Shown here one piece after another: positions 9,301 through 16,200 of a DNA stretch of 52,626 nt (positions are counted from its first letter, which is position 1; each line of letters opens with the position of its first letter). Position numbers and translations under genes: made by a program. The notes below the pieces were generated by a model. That model searched no databases. It saw nothing but the letters and a program-made list of their open reading frames with translations, and was not told the origin of the DNA. Source of the stretch: a virus (Duplodnaviria; Caudoviricetes); the IMG/VR virus record IMGVR_UViG_3300043447_000045, positions 1-52,626 of that record, one strand, 5' to 3'.

Positions 9301-11103
9301 GCCTGTTACTGTTGCGCTGACTAGTGTACCTACACTTGTGATGTTAGGTTGTGCGGCTGTTGTTAAGACACCAGCATAGTAGTTAGAGGTTGTTAGATTG
9401 CCTAAGTTAGCGTTAGCGGCTGTGATGTTGCCAGTAAACGCACCAGTAGCGCCTGCGATGTTACCAGCAACATTGCCTGTTACGTTACCTGTGATATCGC
9501 CTGTGACGTTGCCTGTAATATTACCCGTGACATTGCCTGTTACGTTTCCTGTGACGTTGCCTGTAATATTACCCGTGACATTACCTGTTACGTTGCCCAC
9601 TAAGTTACCGTTGAATGTAACAGCGTTAGCATTAGCAGTAGCGATTAGGTTGCCTGCTGTTACGTCACCAGTAACTGTTAGAGAGGTTAGTGTACCTACA
9701 GAGGTGATGTTAGGTTGAGCCGCTGTTGTGACTGTGCCTGCTGTTGTCGCACTTGCAGCTGTTGTAGGTGGTACTGCCCATACGCCGTTGCCGTATAGAA
9801 CTTGTGTTGAACTTGAGTTCAAGTTTAGACTTGCGATGTTACCGATACCAGTAATGTTTGCTAGCGGTACTGAGTCAACTGAACCTGCTGATACTGCGTA
9901 TGTTGCGTTAGCTACTTCGCCTGTTACTGCTGCCGCTTGAATGTTTGATAGGTTGTTACCAGCACCGATAAAGAAGTTTGCTCTTACTGCGTTGCCTAAG
10001 TTAGCATTGACTGAGTTGATGTTAGCACCAGTAGTAATGTTACCTGTTACTGATAGTAAGGTTAGTGTGCCTACACTTGTAATGTTAGGTTGTGAACCTA
10101 AGCGTACTGAGTTTGCTAAGACTGCGTTTGTTACTGATGAGCCTGCTACTAGTGATACCCATGTACCGTCGCCTGCTAGTACGTTTGATACGTTGCCATC
10201 TCTATTGATTGAGGCTACGTTACCTATGCCGCTTACGTTTGCTAGTGCTACTGAGTTTGCTGTTGTCGCATATGTTGCTAAGGTTGCTGATGCTACTGCG
10301 CCTGTTACGTTAGCGCCTGTGACTGAGTTTGCCGAGTCAGCAACTATTGCGTGTGTTGCGTTGGCTACATATCCGGTTACTGCTGAGCCTGCTACTGATG
10401 ATACTGTTGCTGTAGGTGCTGACCATTGGCCGTCTGCTCGTAAGAATAGAGAAGTATCACCTGCTGTCTCGTATGTAGGTACGTACTGTGGAGTTCCCGT
10501 ATCAGGCTTGACCATCAACTTGCCGTCGTTAGCTGATGTTAGTAGTGAAGCACCGATCTTGACTGAGTTAGCTAAGTATGCGTCATTGAAGCGATTAGTA
10601 GCGTTACCTAGATTGTAGGTAGCAGTAGTGCTAGGAATAACGTTCTGATTGAATGAGGCAAAGTTGCCCCATGTGTTAGAGCCTGTTAGATAGTGTGTTG
10701 ATATGCCCGTGAAGTTTGCTAGTGCTACGTTGCCTGATACCATAGCATCAGTGAATGTTCTCCACTCTACTTTATCATCGACCCCAGTTGCTGTTAGTAC
10801 TTGATTAGGAATAGCGCCAGGTATAGTAATGTTGCCGATAACTAGTTTTGTCTGACCGTCTAACTTTAGGTTACCTAGAATATGAACGTCCTGATTGACT
10901 GTCGCACTTTGTTTGATGAGTAGCGTGTTAGCAGTTACTTGATTAACGTTAGCGATGTTACCGCCTGATGTTAGCGTAACTGAGTTAGCAATAACGTTAT
11001 TTGCTGTGATGTTTGCTACACTAACAATGTTGCCAAAGTTGTCTACCAACAGATTAGCAATGTCTTGTTTCTGTGCGTCATTCAATGTATTATAGGTTGC
11101 CAT
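3379..11103 (-). CDS. giant repeat-rich tail fibre / virion protein with C-terminal intramolecular-chaperone (peptidase G2-like) domain
   Basis: 2574 aa, Gly/Ala/Thr/Asn/Val-rich; many AQPNITSVGTLTSL repeats; C-terminal ADLAEYY...GIVSTDPAYLMN...VALVGRVPC...GDLLVSA...IIGKAL. Confidence 0.85.
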   Translation of the reverse strand: MATYNTLNDAQKQDIANLLVDNFGNIVSVANITANNVIANSVTLTSGGNIANVNQVTANTLLIKQSATVNQDVHILGNLKLDGQTKLVIGNITIPGAIPNQVLTATGVDDKVEWRTFTDAMVSGNVALANFTGISTHYLTGSNTWGNFASFNQNVIPSTTATYNLGNATNRFNDAYLANSVKIGASLLTSANDGKLMVKPDTGTPQYVPTYETAGDTSLFLRADGQWSAPTATVSSVAGSAVTGYVANATHAIVADSANSVTGANVTGAVASATLATYATTANSVALANVSGIGNVASINRDGNVSNVLAGDGTWVSLVAGSSVTNAVLANSVRLGSQPNITSVGTLTLLSVTGNITTGANINSVNANLGNAVRANFFIGAGNNLSNIQAAAVTGEVANATYAVSAGSVDSVPLANITGIGNIASLNLNSSSTQVLYGNGVWAVPPTTAASATTAGTVTTAAQPNITSVGTLTSLTVTGDVTAGNLIATANANAVTFNGNLVGNVTGNVTGNITGNVTGNVTGNVTGNITGNVTGDITGNVTGNVAGNIAGATGAFTGNITAANANLGNLTTSNYYAGVLTTAAQPNITSVGTLVSATVTGNVNAGNVIATTFVGNLQGNLQGNITGNISGNISGATGTFTANVTAGNLDGGNLVKANYLQGTIVAASAAQPNVTTVGTLTNLDVAGNVVVAGNLTVQGTTTTVNSTVSRIVDPIVEQGGGLSGTALTAPDGKDRGTALRYYDTAERVAFMGIRPATGEMYLANEVTLNNDIIVVGSYANIRANNAQFGNAISAGYFIGNAANLTNIPAANLVGNVPAATQAQNANVALVAGTVTTAAQPNITSVGILTSLTVLGTINSGNVGGNGATLFSLNGANVTGTVPSATAAVTAGTVTTAAQPNITSVGTLTALTVTGAINAGNVSGNAAGIFAIPGANVTGTVPLATHATVADTANAVAAANITGTIASAATAITAGTVTTAAQPAITSVGTLTSLTVTGNVDAGNVNAGNVVKANYILGVIGAANGAQPNITSVGALANLFVTGNIAGDYITANATNLFSIPGANITGTAPLATLATFATTANSVTAANVSGLGNLALINRDGNTANILTGAGTWVAMPDATAIAENSNIANTVRVGSQPNITAVGTLTSLTVSGDVTFGGNLTLNGAAANLNIATLAVEDNIIDVAFGTTGTPVNDGGIRVKRGDQSDVQLTWNETADKWQYQDPTGAYTIVGIDSTGNVSAGNIVNANYFAGNGSKLTNIAGANVTGTVPNATHAVTADSATSATTATTATNATNATNAAHATTADTATTATTATTASTAGTVTVAAQPNITSVGTLSSLAVTNGITAKDLTLTGNLVLGGTTTTISSVHSTLVDPIMELGSDVDGNPLVANDNKDRGILMHYYDGAPKDAFMGYDNSAREFVIASEASVSSSEVVSVSTYANVRAGYYFGNGSQLSALTGANVTGQVTFAATANAVAGANVSGTVGSATTAATAGTVTTAAQPNITSVGTLSTLNVSGNITAGNVSGGNAVSAAYFLGDAGYLSNIRAGNIVGTVTSATTATTAGSATTAGTVTTSAQPNITSVGTLTSLTVTNNITGANIIANGAQLYSLTGANVTGQVANAIVAGTVYTAAQPNITSLGSLTSLTVGGPLTVSGAATFTGDVTFSGTAANLSVTNLVVQDNIIEISNETSGPAVSDSGIRIKRGDDVDVMVRFNESSNKWQVTDDSGAYTIVGTSATGNTDLGNIAIANHFQGNGSALSSITGANVVGNVASAVYAYGVAAANVTDLYANVTRNLTPSANITYDLGNSTHRWRDLWLSNNSIKMADTTLSVDAAGEMKITNGATSRTVALSENLGTLATLDMSNDPSKYLRGDGVWIEATVSGANVTGAVANATHATLAAALDPAGQSTITQTGNLQTLTVDGNVYAKSDMLIAGNLTVLGTQFVVNTTRIDTTDLTFTLAKDAPSQAAADGAGWIIDGAGFSMLYQASSNSFVMSHPLQMDGSKLANINGANVSNVAYAYGAGNVHLAAQPNITSVGTLLSVSVAGDWDTTNTGTVNIANANASTLRIGGSATTIGIGASTGTTTVNNDFSVAGAFTLTGATTIGGDLAVNGGDITSTATTVGLLNTTPVIINFGDAATTLNMGAATGTTTVRNNLQVNGNTAVTGNTAVTGNSTITGDLAVNGGDITTSATTFNLVNATATTLNVGGAATAINLGATSGTATIKNPTVVGTQATQTLWNATATTINFAGAASTLNVGATSGTALINNPTVVGSQTTQNLWNANATTINFGGAATTMALGATSGTATINNPTVVGSQTTQNLWNSVATTINLGGAASINLSASGKTTAIAGAATVAQTLGVTGATTLNSTLAVTGNATMSANASVAGNLAVTTNQTIGGTLTVSSGLTVVGTNLLTTRAITTGAAATTGTITGTWTLGAGSTLQATYADLAEYYEAEEDIAPGTVIELGGEKDVRVCLTENSHRVAGIVSTDPAYLMNEGKAGTMVAVALVGRVPCLVTGPCEKGDLLVSAGNGSARVNNQPAPGTIIGKALANKTSHGTEIIEVMVGKH
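4090..4460 (-). repeat. three ~120-bp coding repeats (GATSGTA.I.NPTVVG.Q.TQ.LWN..ATTIN)
   Basis: near-identical DNA GTTCCACAAGTTCTGTGTTGTCTGACTACCAAC at ~4120 and ~4246, third copy degenerate. Confidence 0.75.
9465..9610 (-). repeat. 12-bp coding tandem repeat, GN(V/I)T units
   Basis: GNVTGNVTGNITGNVTGNVTGNVTGNITGNVTGDITGNVT; exact 35-bp duplication CCTGTGACGTTGCCTGTAATATTACCCGTGACATT at ~9500 and ~9548. Confidence 0.85.
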
Positions 11104-11130
11104 TTCGTTTCCTTGATTTTGTTTTTATTA

Positions 11131-13236
11131 TTAACTTAACAGTGTTGATTTCCAAACCGCAGTGGCGGCAGTTCCAGAAGTGATACATACATACATTCTA
11201 CTACCAGTAACATCTATTAAAATTTCACCAACTTCACCAGCAATAGAGCCTTGTGGAGTACCAGATTGAGTCTTCGCCGCTATTCTTCCCTTAACGAAGT
11301 TTGTAGCAGTTATATTATTAGCACTAATATTGGCTACATTAAGAATACTATTACCAGTCATGTCCATATTACCAGCAACAGATAAAATATCAGCATCATC
11401 AGTCAATGTCAAGCTGCCAGATATACTAACATTGTTAGCGGATATATCTCCTGACATACTTAAACTTCCTGTTGTGCCGTTCATTCTTACATAAACAGAG
11501 TTATTGCCAGCAATGATGTTATTTGTTGCGTTGATGTTTCCAACAGAACCATCTATTCTAATATTACTTGTTGACCCGCCAACAAATACGCTACTAGAAT
11601 TAATGTTGCCTGTAGCAGTAATATTGCCTGAAGATACCGACACATTGCTGGTACTATTTCCAACAAATAATGTATTCGATTGAATTCTTCCATTGCCTCC
11701 AAATAATACTATTGGACCAACAGTTACATTAGCACCGTTAATATTACCAGTTGTTTGAATAGTATTAGACGTATTAATGTAGTATGAAGCGCCTGACGCC
11801 TTTAAAAAATTTGTCACATCAGTATCTGTATATGAAGATCCTGCTGATGCTAACCATGTTGTACCGTCAGTTTTTCGTAGATTATCTGTTATTATCGTTG
11901 TGCCAGTTAGACTGCCACTGACGGCCAAAGATCCTACGGTCATTGTGTTTACATCAAGAGAACCAGATGAGTTAATAATAGGATCATATAACTCAACATT
12001 CTTCAAATAACTTCTAGAAGAACCAGTAGTAGTGATCGAATTCAATGTTAACGTATCTATGTTCGTAACTTTTGATCCCAGAAATGTTATGCCAGCAATC
12101 TTTGCGGCAGTGATGTTCGCGGAAGTAATGGTGGCAGAGTCCATTGTAGAATTGCCAATTTTAGCATTTGTTGCGCTAGTAATATTAGCGAATGTTGCAG
12201 TTCCTTTTGAAATCAAACTTGAATTCACCGTGAGAGTTTGCATCACTGATGCGGAAGACCCGCTAGAACTTGAACCAGAATTGCCACTAATAAACCATAT
12301 ATCATCTACTCCATTAGTATAATCTTTACCACATACATATACGAATGATTCATTGACTAATATATCTCCTTTTTTATCAGCACTCTTTCCTTTAAGAGAA
12401 CTTACTCGATAAGAATATGTGCCAGCAGTCGTGGTATATCCATTCAACTTAACTGTTTTTCCACTTACATCTTCAGCAATGGTTCCTAAAAAAATGTTAT
12501 CTGTAGAATAAATTTTATCTCCAGATTTTAGTGAAATATCTGTAGAAGCAGAAATAGTAATTGTTGAACCATTTAAAGAATATCCAGCAAAACTTAACGT
12601 TCCTAATCCGTCACTAAGAGGTTCACCAGTCTTGATTCTAGTAGCTATACGAGAGTCATCGGTTTGATTGATTTCAATAGTTGTACCGCAATCTAGTGAT
12701 GAGAATACATAGTGTACTCTCGTGACACCAGCTGGCACTACGATGTACGGGTTACCTGATGATGGCACAGTGTAGCCCTTGATAGTGTCAACGCCATACT
12801 TAACAGCGTCAGTAATCTCAATCTTCTGACCAGCTGTAACAGTAAAGATTACCTCAACTGTGCCTCGAGTACCAGCCGGTGCCCACTTTTGAAAGTCTAG
12901 GATTACGTCACCAGACAGAGTACCATAATGAACGTCGGCGATAGAGCAATCGATTGCTAAGACACCGGTAAGATTATCGCCAATGTTCTTTGTGCTGCCA
13001 CGAAAAGCAATAGTCTGCGCATTTTTAATAACGCCGTTGGCCATGTCGTTGTCCATAGTTGTGCCGCTTAGCGCACTTTTTACTAGGACTTTGGTCTGTA
13101 GGTCGTCAAGTTCTGACTTGGCAGTGGTCAAGTTGTTCTTGATACTGGTAAAGTTGTCACGAAAACCCTGGCTACTATTGTTCACGCCAGGTGTTGGGTA
13201 GTTACTGTTGATGTTTGTTGCGTTAATGTTAGACAT
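11131..13236 (-). CDS. virion structural protein (tail/fibre-associated), mosaic
   Basis: 701 aa; N-terminal YPTPGVNNSSQGFRDNF coiled segment; Ser/Gly/Thr/Asn-rich C-terminal portion; lies between structural genes with a late-promoter motif. Confidence 0.7.
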   Translation of the reverse strand: MSNINATNINSNYPTPGVNNSSQGFRDNFTSIKNNLTTAKSELDDLQTKVLVKSALSGTTMDNDMANGVIKNAQTIAFRGSTKNIGDNLTGVLAIDCSIADVHYGTLSGDVILDFQKWAPAGTRGTVEVIFTVTAGQKIEITDAVKYGVDTIKGYTVPSSGNPYIVVPAGVTRVHYVFSSLDCGTTIEINQTDDSRIATRIKTGEPLSDGLGTLSFAGYSLNGSTITISASTDISLKSGDKIYSTDNIFLGTIAEDVSGKTVKLNGYTTTAGTYSYRVSSLKGKSADKKGDILVNESFVYVCGKDYTNGVDDIWFISGNSGSSSSGSSASVMQTLTVNSSLISKGTATFANITSATNAKIGNSTMDSATITSANITAAKIAGITFLGSKVTNIDTLTLNSITTTGSSRSYLKNVELYDPIINSSGSLDVNTMTVGSLAVSGSLTGTTIITDNLRKTDGTTWLASAGSSYTDTDVTNFLKASGASYYINTSNTIQTTGNINGANVTVGPIVLFGGNGRIQSNTLFVGNSTSNVSVSSGNITATGNINSSSVFVGGSTSNIRIDGSVGNINATNNIIAGNNSVYVRMNGTTGSLSMSGDISANNVSISGSLTLTDDADILSVAGNMDMTGNSILNVANISANNITATNFVKGRIAAKTQSGTPQGSIAGEVGEILIDVTGSRMYVCITSGTAATAVWKSTLLS

Positions 13237-13254
13237 TATTGATCCTTATTCTAC

Positions 13255-13260
13255 TATTTA
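13255..13260 (-). promoter_or_regulatory. putative late promoter TAAATA
   Basis: TATTTA on + strand ~20 nt upstream of the start at 13236; recurring motif. Confidence 0.5.
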
Positions 13261-16200
13261 TGATGCGGTAGAATCGAGTGGTGAACTTTGATAGAACACC
13301 ACGAATGAGTCTCGGGTATCGTCCTGTAGGGTTGAGCTTAGTGGTGAGGTAACTAAGGTGGTGTTAGCAGTGACGTTAGGTGTTAGAACGGTGTTTGCAA
13401 TGTTGCCGTAGAGTTGAGTTCTAACTCTGATTGTAGAGGTAGCAGGGTTTACATCGGTGATAAAGTAGTCTGTTGTAGAGTCAAAGTTACCGATAGTTGT
13501 TATAGGTTTGACCTTCTGATTGACTCGTAAGCCTGCTACATTACCAAGTACAATATCAGTATTGCCGCCTGTTGTTCTGACGTTATAACTTGGCCATGAT
13601 TCGTTGCCGCCAACACCGTATGTGTATGTTAAGGCACGATCTACCATGAGTCTGTCCATACCAAAGTTGATGCTGTTCATTGACAAGGAGTTGTCACTCA
13701 AGTATGACTTGATAGTTGCTAATACTGAGGCACTCTTGCCTGGCTTAGTGTAACATAGCACCCAGCATTGTGTAAAGCCAGGTACTTTGCCGTCTGCTTG
13801 GGTTGATAGCATCCATAGAGGTAGCACTGAACTGTCGTTGATGTTGCCTATCTTTTGTTCAATCTGATCTCGCATGTTGCTTAGACTGTTAGGGTAAACA
13901 ATCGGTTGTGTAGGTGTTACACCGTCGATGCTGACTGATTGACCCCAGATGATTTCTTTGGTGATTGAAATGCCATCTGTGTTTTGTAGGTTATCTACTA
14001 CTTCACAGTAAACAAGTTCGTACACGATAGCACCTGTAGAGTCACGTGCTACTGCTGTCTTTAGTTCACCTAAACTCAAGTTCTTGTAGTAGTGATTACG
14101 AGCGATTGCTTCAACATAAGCGTTGTAGAAGTCATCAGTAGGTACGCTAGGCACACCGTACATATGAACATACTTCAAGCCTTTAGAGATGCCGAAGTTA
14201 CTGTCGCCAGGGCGATAGATATCCGGCTTGATAGAGGTGTTGTGTGTGCCATTGATGTATGATAACAAGTCTGTGATAGTAGCACGTTGATCGGCGTTCA
14301 TTAGACCAGTGATGTATAGGTTATCATACGGGCCAGTGTGACGCTGAGTTGTTTTGATTGTAAATACACGATTGAGCGTAGACGAAGGGAAACGCTTACT
14401 GTATGCTTGAACTGTGAATGAGTATGTTTGTGATGCGTTAGATGTCTGTACGGTTGTACCTTGCTCAAACGCTACACGACCTACAATCTCGCCTGTTGAT
14501 AGCAACTTCAAGCCTGGTGGTAGTGAGCCAGCAGTGACTTTGTAGCGGCCGTCAGGGATTGTTGCTGTTAGGGTCATGTTGCCTGACGCATCAGGTGTTA
14601 GACTGTTCTCTACTGTTTCTGTTGTGCGCAACTGAATGATGTTGTTAGCAGAGTCAATAGAGTTGATATAGAAGGTAGCAATGTTGCCGATTGTGCCCAC
14701 TGGTGTACCAATAAACTTGACAGGCATATCTTGTGATAAACTACGAGCAGTAGTCAAGCGAACGTTCTTATTGTTGTTGACAAATATAGCCTTAGTTTGT
14801 ACTGTATCACTTGCGAATGAAGCATCAAGTTTGAAGCGGCTGATATCGCCATTGTTGATTGTGCCCAACTCGCTGTCTGTGTTCCAACCAATTGTGCTCT
14901 TACTGTCGCCTGCTACCAAGAATGTGTATTCATACACATCACTAATGAGAGGTATAGTAGCAGTTGAAGATAAGGTAATATTACCTGTGATGCGAGGTGA
15001 TACACTAACATTAGCGGTGTCTCGTAATGTCACTACGTTTGCTTGGCATGTGATGTTAGCGATTGTAGTTGGTGACATGCTAGGTATATAAGCAACACCA
15101 TTAGCATACTTCAATGTGATTGTAGGCGCAATCTTGGTCATTGTGATGCCCGTACTTGCGGCAAAACGGCGGCGTGATGTGCTACCAATCGCCTGAACTG
15201 AAGCAGTATTAGTAGCACTAGCAACTGACAGTAGATAAGGAACATTAGATTCGACCTCATTACTGTTCGCATCAAAATAAACAACATCGCCCGTGGCAAA
15301 CTTAGCCTTCTCAGTAGCGTCGGCAAAAGTAAATGATGTAGAACCTAGTGTTGTAGTGCCTACAGTAGTATTGCCATACTGTGTAAGATTGTCAACATAC
15401 AAGGTCACATTAGCAGAAGGCGATGTTGAAACATATTGAACTCTTGTGTTTGCTTTGATGCCGTCTAAAGTACCATAACGATGTAATGGCGAAGTACCTG
15501 GAACATATAGTCTAAGATTGCCCTCTGCTATTGTGCCACTAGGCGAGGCTGCTAAATTAGCTACTAAATCTACACGATAAGATACAGTGTTAGCAATGCT
15601 ACTGATAGTATAAAGGGCAGTGTTGCTTAGACTACCGGTAGTGCCTGATACTGATACAGGTTGACCTGTGTAGAAGCCATATGCTTTATCAACAACCAAG
15701 TTAGCACTGCCGATGTTAGCAGTTGTTGTTGATGTCACTGATGTAATCAAGTTAGGTGATTGTACTTGCGCATTGATTGTATAGATAGCGTTGTCTGGTG
15801 TGACTGCGGCCAAACTACCACTGATCCAGCCGTTAGCCGCAATAGCGTTAGTGTTAGGGCTTACTAGTGTTGTCGCATCACGAGTGAATAAAGTGCCGCC
15901 GATCTCAGGCGTGATTAGTGCGCCTGTTGTTGTGAATAGATTGATGATCTTGTTGGTAGCATCAGTGACTACATACTTGTATGCGGTGCTCACATCAACG
16001 AATGAGTTTTCAGGTGCGTTACTAGCAATGTTGCCTACCTTCTGACCAAAGAATGTGATATAGCCGCCTGCTGGCGCTGTAGATAAGCCTGTGAGTGAAC
16101 TCATAACTACATTAGAGTCAGCGTTATTGAATGTGGCGGTCGCAACAAACGCATTAGAACTATCAGGTTGGGCTGTTCTGATGCCAGAGATATAGTAGGT

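Noticed and set aside
3379-11103. Recurring ~30-bp repeats as a possible CRISPR array or DGR template/variable repeats
   Set aside because: They are in-frame coding repeats that vary at synonymous sites with irregular spacing; no cas genes, no reverse transcriptase, no adenine-specific mismatch pattern seen.
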